A DNA stretch of 64,000 nucleotides from Eledone cirrhosa (lineage: Eukaryota). Position numbers and translations under genes: made by a program. The stretch is from contig OZ024741.1 in the NCBI GenBank assembly GCA_964016885.1, forward strand, positions 397,792,001 through 397,856,000, written 5' to 3'. Below the pieces are notes generated by a model. The model did not search any database and was not told the origin of the DNA. It was given only the letters and a program-made list of their open reading frames with translations. Below are positions 35,001 through 49,600 of this stretch, in pieces; position 1 is the stretch's first letter, and every line of letters begins with the position of its first letter.

Positions 35001-38000
35001 TTAGTCTCTCTACTCCCTCAATAGTCACCTAGTATCTACTAAACTATATCTTACACTCTCTACTCCCTCAATAGTAACCTAGTATCTACTAAACTATATC
35101 TTACACTCTCTACCCCCTCAATAGGCACCTAGTATCTACTAAACTACATCTTAGTCTCTCTAGTCCCTCAATAGTCACCTAGTATCTACTAAACTATATC
35201 TTAGTCTCTCTAGTCCCTCAATAGTCACCTAGTATCTACTAAACTACATCTTAGTCTCTCTAGTCCCTCAATAGTCACCTAGTATCTACTAAACTATATC
35301 TTAGTCTCTCTAGTCCCTCAATAGTCACCTAGTATCTACTAAACTATATCTTAGTCTCTCTAGTCCCTCAATAGTCACCTAGTATCTACTAAACTATATC
35401 TTACTCTCTCTAGTCCCTCAATTGTCACCTAGTATCTACTAAACTACATCTTAGTCTCTCTAGTCCCTCAATAGTCACCTAGTATCTACTAAACTATATC
35501 TTATCTCTCTACTCCCTCAATAGTCACCTAGTATCTACTAAACTACATCTTACACTCTCTAGTCCCTCAATTATCACCTAGTATCTACTAAACTATATCT
35601 TAGTCTCTCTAGTCCCTCAATAGTCACCTAGTATCTACTAAACTATATCTTAGTCTCTCTAGTCCCTCAATAATCACCTAGTATCTACTAAACTACATCT
35701 TAGTCTCTCAATTGTCACCTAGTATCTACTAAACTATATCTTAATCTCTCTACTCCCTCAATAGTCACCTAGTATCTACTAAACTACACCTTAGTCTCTC
35801 TAGTCCCTCAATTGTCACCTAGTATCTACTAAACTATATCTTAGTCTCTCTAGTCCCTCAATAGTCACCTAGTATCTACTAAACTATATCTTAGTCTCTC
35901 TAGTCCCTCAATAGTCACCTAGTATCTACTAAACTATATCTTAGTCTCTCTACTCCTTCAATAGTCACCTAGTATCTACTAAACTATATCTTATTCTCTC
36001 TACTCCCTCAATAGTCACCTAGTATCTACTAAACTACATCTTAGTCTCTCTAGTCCCTCAATAGTCACCTAGTATCTACTAAACTATATCTTAGTCTCTC
36101 TAGTCCCTCAATAGTCACCTAGTATCTACTAAACTACATCTTAGTCTCTCTAGTCCCTCAATAGTCACCTAGTATCTACTAAACTATATCTTAGTCTCTC
36201 TAGTCCCTCAATAGTCACCTAGTATCTACTAAACTATATCTTAGTCTCTCTAGTCCCTCAATAGTCACCTAGTATCTACTAAACTACATCTTACTCTCTC
36301 TAGTCCCTCAATTGTCACCTAGTATCTACTAAACTATATCTTAATCTCTCAAGTCCCTCAATAGTCACCTAGTATATACTAAACTATATCTTAGTCTCTC
36401 TAGTCCCTCAATAGTCACCTAGTATCTACTAAACTACATCTTAGTCTCTCTAGTCCCTCAATAGTCACCTAGTATCTACTAAACTATATCTTATCTCTCT
36501 ACTCCCTCAATAGTCACTTAGTATCTACTAAACTATATCTTAGTCTCTCTAGTCCCTCAATAGTCACCTAGTATCTACTAAACTACATCTTACACTCTCT
36601 AGTCCCTCAATTGTCACCTAGTATCTACTAAACTATATCTTAGTCTCTCTAGTCCCTCAATTGTCACCTAGTATCTACTAAACTATATCTTAGTCTCTCT
36701 AGTCGCTCAATAGTCACCTAGTATCTACTAAACTATATCTTAGTCTCTCTACTCCCTCAATAGTCACCTAGTATCTACTAAACTATATCTTAGTCTCTCT
36801 ACTCCTTCAATAGTCACCTAGTATCTACTAAACTACATCTTATTCTCTCTACTCCCTCAATAGTCACCTAGTATCTACTAAACTACATCTTAGTCTCTCT
36901 AGTCCCTCAATAGTCACCTAGTATCTACTAAACTACATCTTAGTCTCTCTACTCCCTCAATAGTCACCTAGTATCTACTAAACTATATCTTACACTCTCT
37001 ACTCCCTCAATAGTCACCTAGTATCTACTAAACTATATCTTAATCTCTCAAGTCCCTCAATAGTCACCTAGTATCTACTAAACTATATCTTAGTCTCTCT
37101 AGTCCCTCAATAGTCACCTAGTATCTACTAAACTATATCTTACACTATCTACTCCCTCAATAGTCACCTAGTATCTACTAAACTATATCTTACACTCTCT
37201 ACTCCCTCAATAGTCACCTAGTATCTACTAAACTACATCTTAGTCTCTCTAGTCCCTCAATTGTCACCTAGTATCTACTAAACTATATCTTAGTCTCTCT
37301 ATTCCCTCAATAGTCACCTAGTATCTACTAAACTATATCTTATTCTCTCTAGTCCCTCAATAGTCACCTACTATCTACTAAACTATATGTTAGTCTCTCT
37401 AGTCCCTCAATAGTCACCTAGTATCTACTAAACTATATCTTACACTCTCTACTCTTTCAATAGTCACCTAGTATCTACTAAACTATATCTTACACTCTCT
37501 ACTCCCTCAATAGGCACCTAGTATCTACTAAACTACATCTTAGTCTCTCTATTCCCTCAATAGTCACCTAGTATCTACTAAACTATATCTTAGTCTCTCT
37601 AGTCATTCAATAGTCACCTAGTATCTACTAAACTATATCTTATCTCTCTACTCCCTCAATAGTCACCTAGTATCTACTAAACTACATCTTACTCTCTCTA
37701 GTCCCTCAATTGTCACCTATTATCTACTAAACTATATCTTAGTCTCTCTAGTCCCTCAATAGTCACCTAGTATCTACTAAACTATATCTTACACTCTCTA
37801 CTCTTTCAATAGTCACCTAGTATCTACTAAACTATATCTTACACTCTCTACTCCCTCAATAGGCACCTAGTATCTACTAAACTACATCTTAGTCTCTCTA
37901 GTCCCTCAATAGTCACCTAGTATCTACTAAACTATATCTTAGTCTCTCTCGTCATTCAATAGTCACCTAGTATCTACTAAACTATATCTTAGTCTCTCTA

Positions 38001-38219
38001 CTCCCTCAATAGTCACCTAGTATCTACTAAACTATATCTTAGTCTCTCTAGTCCCTCAATAGTCACCTAGTATCTACTAAACTATATCTTACACTCTCTA
38101 CTCCCTCAATAGTCACCTAGTATCTACTAAACTATATCTTACACTCTCTACCCCCTCAATAGGCACCTAGTATCTACTAAACTACATCTTAGTCTCTCTA
38201 GTCCCTCAATAGTCACCTA

Positions 38220-40652
38220 TCATCATCATCATCATCAACGTTTAACGTCCGTGTTCCACGCTTGCATGGGTTTGGACGGGGGTAGTCCCACTTGAGGCAA
38301 TAGTGATTGTCTTGCTCGCATAGGACTGTCTGGCAGGTTTTCTACAGTTGGATGCCCTTCCTAACACCAACCACATTTACATTGTGGTTCTGGGAGGTTT
38401 TTACCGTGTTGCCTACACGGCCACATTACAGCGTGGACTGTGTGTTTTTTTGTCGTGACACCTACACGATCTCATTTGTTTCGGCCTGGATGGCGCGGCA
38501 CCAACATAACTTTACATAGAACAGGGTGGTGTGGATGGGGTGGGGGTGGTGGCGGGACGGGGTGTATTTTGTTAGAGATGCCTACTGGCAAGGCGGGTCT
38601 TCTCTGTTACTGAGTACCGCCAAAGGTCTCGGTCCAGTGACATTGTCTTGGAGAGGTGTAAGTATGTGAGGTCGGAGTTTATCAGCTCATCCCATGTTTT
38701 TCTAGGTCTGCCTATTCCGTGGCTACCGTCTATCTTTATTGCCCTGCACTTTGTTATACAGCTATCGACTTTCATGCTCATCACGTGTCCATACCAACGC
38801 AGCCTTCTCTCGAGTAAACAACATCTGATCCCTCTTATCTCTAATTTTTTCCTTAGTTCGTTTATGCTTTGCCGTTCACGTATATTACTGTTACACATCC
38901 AGCGGAGCATGCAAGCTTCGTTCCTCTCTAGTCTGCGTATATCCTCTGCACACAATGCCCAGGTCTCACTACCATGCAACATTGCTGTTCGTATGCAGGC
39001 ATCGTACAACCTGCCTTTCATTTTTAGGGAGAACCCTTTAGCAGCTAATAGTGGTATAAGCTCTCTGAACTTTTTCCAACCAGTTCTGACTCTAGCTACA
39101 GTACTTTCAGAGCACCCTCCCCCACTGCTGATTTTATCGCCCAGGTAAAGGAAGCTGTCCACTATTTCTATAGAACCCTCTGCGCAATTGAAAGAGCTAG
39201 TATTTTGTGGGCACTTGCTGCTACTTATTGCACCAGAACACCGGCCACATGTAAAATCTATGTTCTTAGTTAGCTTACCTGTGATCCCACTACATCTTTT
39301 ATGCACCCATACTTTGCATTTAGGACATAAAATGGAGTTTCTACCTACGCCTTTCCTACACACCGAGCACGACCATTTCCCAGAAGGGACCGCCGCCTTG
39401 TTTTCTTTCCTACAAACTAGAACTTTGGTCTTAGCCAGGTTAATTTTAAGTCCTTTTGACTCTAGGCCGTGCTTCCATGTTTGGAATTTCTTCTCTAGCT
39501 CGGCCATTGATTCCGCTATGAGTGTCAGGTCGTCTGCGTATAGGAGTTCCCATGGGCAGCCTGTCTTGAACTCCTCTGTTATAGCCTGAAGGGCAATAAT
39601 AAATAGTAGGGGGCTGAGAACAGAGCCCTGATGGACGCCAACTTTTACGCTAAACTCTTCACTATATTCGTTGTTAATTCTAACCTTGCTGACTGTTTCT
39701 TTATACATGGCTTGTATAGCCCTCACAAGCCATTCGTCAACGCCTAGTTTTCTAAGAGCCCACCAGATAATGGAGCGGGGGACTCTGTTGAAGGCTTTCT
39801 CCAGGTCGACAAAAGCTAAGTAGAGGGGTCTACCTTTAGCTAGGTACTTCTCCTGTAGTTGTCGTACTATGAAAAGGGCGTCTGTGGTGCTTTTGCCTGA
39901 CACAAACCCGAACTGCATTTCATCTAGGTCAATTCTCTCTCTGATTAGTTGCACTATTACTTTTTCCGTGACCTTCATGACCTGGTCGATTAATTTAATG
40001 CCTCTATAGTTACTCCTATCTAGGGCGTCTCCTTTACCCTTATAACAGTTAACGATGATGCTGCTATGCCAGTCCTTCGGAACAACCCCATTCTGTACGA
40101 CTTGGTTAACTATGCGGGTGACCATGGTGTGTCCCCCCGTGCCAGATGCCTTCAGCATCTCAGCAACTATTTCCGAAGGCCCAGCCGCCTTACCCGTCTT
40201 CATATCCTTGATTGCCTTACTTATTATACTCCCCTCGACTAACACTGCTGGTCGCTCTATCGGGTCGATATGGGGGAGACTGTCTTTCTCCCATTTATTC
40301 TCCTCATTTAGTAGCCTTTCATAGTGACACTTCCAAGCTACCTTCTTATCAGTGTCGGTGATGGCAAGTATGCCATCATCGTTAAGTACACACTTCTCCC
40401 CGACAATATCACGGTTTTCCTTGACGCATTGCCTGGCAATCCTAAACACCTCACGTTTTTGGTCATCGCGTTGTAGAACATGCTTGAACTTTCTTTCCTC
40501 AGCTTCCCTTCTTGCTAAGTACACTTCTCTCCTAGCTTCCCTCCTGGCCACTTGATAGTCTACTCTACTTCCCCCATCCCGCCATACTTTCCAAGCCTGC
40601 TTTTTGGCCTTAATTGACCCCTCCACCCTACTGTTCCACCACCAAGTTACTT
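38220..40652 (-). mobile_element. 5'-truncated RTE-clade LINE, copy 1
   Basis: (GAT)n 3' tail, ~350-bp 3' UTR and an uninterrupted RT ORF. No APE endonuclease, because the element is truncated at KVTWWWN. Confidence 0.95.
38572..40652 (-). CDS. Non-LTR reverse transcriptase (RTE type) with embedded PHD-type zinc finger; N-terminally truncated
   Basis: KGKGD...NYRGI, QFGF, FVDLEKAFN, GVHQGSVLSPLLF, YADD (39529-39540), C4HC3 finger, FLYLG, RRLRWYGHV, GRPRKTW. The first ~15 aa of the track ORF (to 40701) are satellite-derived. Confidence 0.92.
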
Positions 40653-43600
40653 TAGTATATACTAAACTATATCTTAGTCTCTCTAGTCCCTCAATAGTCA
40701 CCTAGTATCTACTAAACTACATCTTAGTCTCTCTAGTCCCTCAATAGTCACCTAGTATCTACTAAACTATATCTTAGTCTCTCTAGTCCCTCAATAGTCA
40801 CCTAGTATCTACTAAACTATATCTTAGTCTCTCTAGTCCCTCAATAGTCACCTAGTATCTACTAAACTACATCATAGTCTCTCTAGTCCCTCAATAGTCA
40901 CCTAGTATCTACTAAACTATATCTTATCTCTCTACTCCCTCAATAGTCACCTAGTATCTACTAAACTATATCTTAGTCTCTCTAGTCCCTCAATAGTCAC
41001 CTAGTATCTACTAAACTACATCTTACACTCTCTAGTCCCTCAATTGTCACCTAGTATCTACTAAACTATATCTTAGTCTCTCTAGTCCCTCAATAGTCAC
41101 CTAGTATCTACTAAACTATATCTGAGTCTCTCTAGTCCCTCAATAGTCACCTAGTATCTACTAAACTATATCTTAGTCTCTCTACTCCCTCAATAGTCAC
41201 CTAGTATCTACTAAACTATATCTTAGTCGCTCTACTCCTTCAATAGTCACCTAGTATCTACTAAACTACATCTTATTGTCTCTACTCCCTCAATAGTCAC
41301 CTAGTATCTACTAAACTACATCTTAGTCTCTCTAGTCCCTCAATAGTCACCTAGTATCTACTAAACTACATCTTAGTCTCTCTACTCCCTCAATAGTCAC
41401 CTAGTATCTACTAAACTATATCTTAGTCTCTCTAGTCGCTCAATAGTCACCTAGTATCTACTAAACTACATCTTAGTCTCTCTAGTCCCTCAATAGTCAC
41501 CTAGTATCTACTAAACTATATCTTACACTCTCTACTCCCTCAATAGTCAGCTAGTATCTACTAAACTATATCTTCCACTCTCTACTCCCTCAATAGTCAC
41601 CTACTATCTACTAAACTATATCTTAGTCTCTCTAGTCCCTCAATAGTAACCTAGTATCTACTAAACTATATCTTACACTCTCTACTCCCTCAATAGTCAC
41701 CTAGTATCTACTAAACTATATCTTACACTCTCTACTCCCTCAATAGTCACCTAGTATCTACTAAACTACATCTTAGTCTCTCTAGTCCCTCAATTGTCAC
41801 CTAGTATCTACTAAACTACATCTTAGTATCTCTAGTCCCTCAATTGTCACCTAGTATCTACTAAACTATATCTTAATCTCTCTACTCCCTCAATAGTCAC
41901 CTAGTATCTACTAAACTATATCTTAGTCTCTCTAGTCCCTCAATAGTCACCTAGTATCTACTAAACTATATCTTAGTCTCTCTAGTCACTCAATAGTCAT
42001 CTAGTATCTACTAAACTATATCTTATCTCTCTACTCCCTCAATAGTCACCTAGTATCTACTAAACTATATCTTAGTCTCTCTAGTCCCTCAATAGTCACC
42101 TAGTATCTACTAAACTATATCTTAGTCTCTCTAGTCCCTCAATAGTCACCTAGTATCTACTAAACTATATCTTATCTCTCTACTCCCTCAATAGTCACCT
42201 AGTATCTACAAAACTATATCTTAGTCTCTCTAGTCTCTCAATAGTCACCTAGTATCTACTAAACTACATCTTACTCTCTCTAGTCCCTCAATTGTCACCT
42301 AGTATCTACTAAACTATATCTTAGTCTCTCTAGTCCCTCAATAGTCACCTACTATCTACTAAACTATATCTTAGACTCTCTAGTCCCTCAATAGTCACCT
42401 AGTATCTACTAAACTATATCTTACACTCTCTACACTTTCAATAGACACCTAGTATCTACTAAACTATATCTTACACTCTCTACTCCCTCAGTAGGCACCT
42501 AGTATCTACTAAACTACATCTTAGTCTCTCTAGTCCCTCAATAGTCACCTAGTATCTACTAAACTATATCTTAGTCTCTCTAGTCATTCAATAGTCACCT
42601 AGTATCTACTAAACTATATCTTAGTCTCTCTAGTCCCTCAATAGTCACCTAGTATCTACTAAACTATATCTTACACTCTCTACTCCCTCAATAGTCACCT
42701 AGTATCTACTAAACTATATCTTAGTCTCTCTAGTCCCTCAATAGTCACCTAGTATCTACTAAACTATATCTTACACTCTCTACTCCCTCAATAGTCATCT
42801 AGTATCTACTAGACTATATCTTAGACTCTCTAGTCCCTCAATAGTCACCTAGTATCTATTAAACTATATCTTATCTCTCTACTCCCTCAATAGTCACCTA
42901 GTATCTACTAAACTATATCTTAGTCTCTCTAGTCCCTCAATAGTCACCTAGTATCTACTAGACTATATCTTAGTCTCTCTAGTCCCTCAATAGTCACCTA
43001 GTATCTACTAAACTATATCTTAGTCTCTCTAGTCCCTCAATAGTCACCTAGTATCTACTAAACTATATCTTAGTCTCTCTACTCCCTCAATAGTCACCTA
43101 GTATCTACTAAACTACATCTTATACTCTCTACTCCCTCAATAGTCACCTAGTATCTACTAAACTACATCTTAGTCTCTCTACTCCCTCAATAGTCACCTA
43201 GTATCTACTAAACTATATCTTAGTCTCTCTAGTCTTTCAATAGTCACCTAGTATCTACTAAACTACATCTTAGTCTCTCTAGTCCCTCAATAGTCACCTA
43301 GTATCTACTAAACTATATCTTACACTCTCTACTCCCTCAATAGTCACCTAGTATCTACTAAACTATATCTTACACTCTCTACTCCCTCAATAGTCACCTA
43401 GTATCTACTAAACTATATCTTAGTCTCTCTAGTCCCTCAATAGTCACCTAGTATCAACTAAACTATATCTTACACTCTCTACTCCCTCAATAGTCACCTA
43501 GTATCTACTAAACTATATCTTACACTTTCTACTCCCTCAATAGTCACCTAGTATCTACTAAACTACATCTTTGTCTCTCTAGTCAATCAATTGTCACCTA

Positions 43601-46600
43601 GTATCTACTAAACTACATCTTAGTATCTCTAGTCCCTCAATTGTCACCTAGTATCTACTAAACCATATCTTAGTCTCTCTACTCCCTCAATAGTCACCTA
43701 GTATCTACTAAACTATATCTTAGTCTCTCTAGTCCCTCAATAGTCACCTAGTATCTACTAAACTATATCTAAGTCTCTCTAGTCCCTCAATAGTCACCTA
43801 GTATCTACTAAACTATATCTTACACTCTCTACTCCCTCAATAGTCACCTAGTATTTACTAAACTACATCATAGGCTCTCTAGTCCCTCAATAGTCACCTA
43901 GTATCTATTAAACTATATCTTAGTCTCTCTAGTCCCTCAATAGTCACCTAGTATCTACTGAACTATATCTTACACTCTCTACTCCCTCAATAGTCACCTA
44001 GTATCTACTAAACTACATCTTAGTATCTCTAGTCCCTCAATTGTCACCTAGTATCTACTAAACTATATCTTAGTCTCTCTACTCCCTCAATAGTCACCTA
44101 GTATCTATTAAACTACATCTTAGTATCTCTAGTCACTCAATAGTCACCTAGTATCTACTAAACTATATCTTATCTCTCTACTCCCTCAATAGTCACCTAG
44201 TATCTACTAAACTATATCATAGTCTCTCTAGTCCCTCAATAGTCACCTAGTATCTACTAAACTACATCTTACTCTCTCTAGTCCCTCAATTGTCACCTAG
44301 TATCTACTAAACTATATCTTAATCTCTCTAGTCCCTCAATAGTCACCTAGTATCTACTAAACTATATCTTAGACTCTGTAGTCCCTCAATAGTCACCTAG
44401 TATCTACTAAACTACATCTTAGTCTCTCTAGTCCCTCAATAGTCACCTAGTATCTACTAAACTATATCTTAGTCTCTCTAGTCCCTAAATAGTCACCTAG
44501 TATCTACTAAACTATATCTTAGTCTCTCTAGTCCCTCAATAGTCACCTAGTATCTACTAAACTATATCTTAGTCTCTCTACTCCCTCAATAGTCACCTAG
44601 TATCTACTAAACTACATCTTAGTCTCTCTAGTTCCTCAATAGTCACCTAGTATCTACTAAACTATATCTTAGTCTCTCTACTCCCTCAATAGTCACCTAG
44701 TATCTACTAAACTGTATCTTAGTCTCTCTAGTTTTTCAATAGTCACCTAGTATCTACTAAACTACATCTTAGTCTCTCTAGTTCCTCAATAGTCACCTAG
44801 TATCTACTAAACTATATCTTAGTCTCTCTACTCCCTCAATAGTCACCTAGTATCTACTAAACTATATCTTAGTCTCTCTACTCCCTCAATAGTCACCTAG
44901 TATCTACTAAACTATATCTTAGTCTCTCTACTCCCTCAATAGTCACCTAGTATCTACTAAACTACATCTTATACTCTCTACTCCCTCAATAGTCACCTAG
45001 TATCTACTAAACTACATCTTATACTCTCTACTCCCTCAATAGTCACCTAGTATCTACTAAACTACATCTTAGTCTCTCTACTCCCTCAATAGTCACCTAG
45101 TATCTACAAAACTATATCTTAGTCTCTCTAGTCTTTCAATAGTCACCTAGTATCTACTAAAGTACATCTTAGTCTCTCTAGTCCCTCAATAGTCACCTAG
45201 TATCTACTAAACTATATCTTACACTCTCTACTCCCTCAATAATCACCTAGTATCTACTAAACTATATCTTACACTCTCTACTCCCTCAATAGTCACCTAG
45301 TATCTACTAAACTATATCTTAGTCTCTCTAGTCCCTCAATAGTCACCTAGTATCTACTAAACTATATCTTACACTCTCTACTCCCTCAATAGTCACCTAG
45401 TATCTACTAAACTATATCTTACACTTTCTACTCCCACAATAGTCACCTAGTATCTACTAAACTACATCTTTGTCTCTCTAGTCAATCAATTGTCACCTAG
45501 TATCTACTAAACTACATCTTAGTATCTCTACTCCCTCAATAGTCACCCAGTATCTATTAAACTATATCTTAGTCTCTCTAGTCCCTCAATAGTCACCTAG
45601 TATATACTAAACTACATCTTAAGCTCTCTAGTCCCTCAATAGTCATCTAGTATCTACTAAACTATATCTTAGTCTCTCTAGTCCCTCAATAGTCACCTAG
45701 TATCTACTAAACTATATCTTAGTCTCTCTAGTCACTCAATAGTCACCTAGTATCTACTAAACTATATCTTATCTGTCTACTCCCTCAATAGTCACCTAGT
45801 ATCTACTAAACTATATCTTAGTCTCTCTAGTCCCTCAATAGACACCTAGTATCTACTAAACTACATCTTACTCTCTCTAGTCCCTCAATTGTCACCTAGT
45901 ATCTACTAAACTATATCTTAATCTCTCTAGTCCCTCAATAGTCACCTAGTATCTACTAAACTATATCTTAGTCTCTGTAGTCCCTCAATAGTCACCTAGT
46001 ATCTACTAAACTACATCTTAGTCTCTCTAGTCCCTCAATAGTCACCTAGTATCTACTAAACTATATCTTAGTCTCTCTAGTCCCTCAATAGTCACCTAGT
46101 ATCTACTAAACTATATCTTAGTCTCTCTAGTCCCTCAATAGTCACCTAGTATCTACTAAACTATATCTTATCTCTCTACTCCCTCAATAGTCACCTAGTA
46201 TCTACTAAACTATATCTTACTCTCTCTAGTCCCTCAATAGTCACCTAGTATCTACTAAACTACATCTTTCTCTCTCTAGTCCCTCAATTGTCACCTAGTA
46301 TCTACTAAGCTATATCTTAGTCTCTCTAGTCCCTCAATTGTCACCTAGTATCTACTAAACTATATCTTAGTCTCTCTACTCCCTCAATAGTCACCTAGTA
46401 TCTACTAAACTACATCTTATACTCGCTACTCCCTCAATAGTCACCTAGTATCTACTAAACTACATGTTATCGCTCTAGTCCCTCAATAGTCACCTAATAT
46501 CTACTAAACTATATCTTAGTCTCTCTACTCCCTCAATAGTCACGTAGTATCTACTGAACTATATCTTAGTCTCTCTACTCCCTCAATAGTCACCTAGTAT

Positions 46601-49600
46601 CTACTAAACTTCATCTTATACTCGCTACTCCCTCAATAGTCACCAAGTATCTACTAAACTACATCTTAGTCTCTCTACACCCTCAATAGTCACCTAGTAT
46701 CTACTAAACTATATCTTAGTCTCTCTAGTCCCTCAATAGTCACCTAGTATCTACTAAACTACATCTTAGTCTCTCTAGTCCCTCAATAGTCACCTAGTAT
46801 CTACTAAACTATATCTTACACTCTCTACTCCCTCAATAGTCACCTACTATATACTAAACAATATCTTAGTCTCTTTAGTCCCTCAATAGTCACCTAGTAT
46901 CTACTAACCTATATCTTAGTCTCTCTACTCCCTCAATAGTCACCTAGTATCTACTAAACTATATCTTAGTCTCTCTACTCCCTCAATAGGCACCTAGTAT
47001 CTACTAAACTATATCTTAGTCTCTCTACTCCCTCAATAGTCACCTAGTATCTACTAAACTATATCTTACACTCTCTACTCCCTCAATAGTCACCTAGTAT
47101 CTACTAAACTATATCTTACACTCTCTACCCCCTCAATAGTCACCTAGTATCTACTAAACTACATCTTAGTCTCTCTAGTCCCTCAATTGTCACCTAGTAT
47201 CTACTAAATTATATCTTAGTATCTCTAGTCCCTCAATTGTCACCTAGTATCTACTAAACTATATCTTCGTCTCTCTATTCCCTCAATAGTCACCTAGTAT
47301 CTACTATACTATATCTTAGTCTCTCCAGTCCCTCAATAGTCACCTACTATCTACTAAACTATATCTTAGTCTCTCTAGTCCCTCAATAGTCACCTAGTAT
47401 CTACTAAACTATATCTTACACTCTCTACTCTTTCAATAGTCACCTAGTATCTACTAAACTATATCTTACACTCTCTACTCCCTCAATAGGCACCTAGTAT
47501 CTACTAAACTACATCGTAGTCTCTCTAGTCCCTCAATAGTCACCTAGTATCTACTAAACTATATCTTAGTCTCTCTAGTCATTCAATAGTCACCTAGTAT
47601 CTACTAAACTATATCTTAGTCTCTCTACTCCCTCAATAGTCACGTAGTATCTACTAAACTATACCTCAGTCTCTCTAGTCCCTCAATAGTCACCTAGTAT
47701 CTACTAAACTATATCTTAGTCTCTCTAGTCTTTCAATAGTCACCTAGTATCTACTAAACTATATCTTAGTCTCTCTACTCCCTCAATAGGCACCTAGCAT
47801 CTACTAAACTATATCTTAGTCTCTCTACTCCCTCAATAGTCACCTAGTATCTACTAAACTATATCTTACACTCTCTACTCCCTCAATAGTCACCTAGTAT
47901 CTACTAAACTATATCTTACACTCTCTACCCCCTCAATAGGCACCTAGTATCTACTAAACTACATCTTAGTCTCTCTAGTCCCTCAATAGTCACCTAGTAT
48001 CTACTAAACTACATCTTAGTCTCTCTAGTCCCTCAATTGTCACCTAGTATCTACTAAACTATATCTTAGTCTCTCTAGTCCCTCAATAGTCACCTAGTAT
48101 CTACTAAACTATATCTTAGTCTCTCTAGTCCCTCAATAGTCACCTAGTATCTACTAAACTACATCTTAGTCTCTCTACTCCCTCAATAGTCACCTAGTAT
48201 CTACTAAACTAAATCTTAGTCTCTCTAGTCCCTCAATAGTCAGCTAGTATCTACTAAACTACATCTTAGTCTCTCTAGTCCCTCAATAGTCACCTAGTAT
48301 CTACTAAACTATATCTTACACTCTCTACTCCCTCAATAGTCACCTAGTATCTACTAAACTATATCTTAATCTCTCAAGTCCCTCAGTAGTCACCTAGTAT
48401 CTACTAAACTATATCTTACACTATCTACTCCCTCAATAGTCACCTAGTATCTACTAAACTATATCTTACACCCTCTACTCCCTCAATAGTCACCTAGTAT
48501 CTACTAAACTACATCTTAGTCTCTCTAGTCCCTCAATAGTCACCTAGTATCTACTAAACTATATCTTACACTATCTACTCCCTCAATAGTCACCTAGTAT
48601 CTACTAAACTATATCTTACACTCTCTACTCCCTCAATAGTCACCTAGTATCTACTAAACTACATCTTAGTCTCTCTAGTCCCTCAATTGTCACCTAGTAT
48701 CTACTAAACTACATCTTAGTATCTCTAGTCCCTCAATAGTCACCTACTATCTACTAAACTATATGTTAGTCTCTCTAGTCCCTCAATAGTCACCTAGTAT
48801 CTACTAAACTATATCTTACACTCTCTACTCTTTCAATAGTCACCTAGTATCTACTAAACTATATCTTACACTCCCTACTCCCTCAATAGGCACCTAGTAT
48901 CTACTAAACTACATCTTAGTCTCTCTAGTCCCTCAATAGTCACCTAGTATCTACTAAACTACATCTTACTCTCTCTAGTCCCTCAATTGTCACCTACTAT
49001 CTACTAAACTATATCTTAGTCTCTCTACTCCCTCAATAGTCACCTAGTATCTACTAAACTATATCTTACACTCTCTACTCCCTCAATAGTAACCTAGTAT
49101 CTACTAAACTATATCTTACACTCTCTACCCCCTCAATAGGCACCTAGTATGTACTAAACTACATCTTAGTCTCTCTAGTCCCTCAATAGTCACCTAGTAT
49201 CTACTAAACTATATCTTAGTCTCTCTAGTCCCTCAATAGTCACCTAGTATCTACTAAACTACATCTTAGTCTCTCTAGTCCCTCAATAGTCACCTAGTAT
49301 CTACTAAACTATATCTTAGTCTCTCTAGTCCCTCAATAGTCACCTAGTATCTACTAAACTATATCTTAGTCTCTCTAGTCCCTCAATAGTCACCTAGTAT
49401 CTACTAAACTACATCTTACTCTCTCTAGTCCCTCAATTGTCACCTAGTATCTACTAAACTATATCTTAATCTCTCAAGTCCCTCAATAGTCACCTAATAT
49501 CTACTAAACTACATCTTAGTCTCTCTAGTCCCTCAATAGTCACCTAGTATCTACTAAACTATATCTTATCTCTCTACTCCCTCAATAGTCACCTAGTATC

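Noticed and set aside
38648-40555. + strand ORFs overlapping the LINE (and their copies at 52813-54720)
   Set aside because: Antisense shadows of the RT ORF.
40653-40701. ORF-track N-terminus MTIEGLERLRYSLV as a true LINE start
   Set aside because: Satellite sequence read through the truncation junction, with a non-ATG start.
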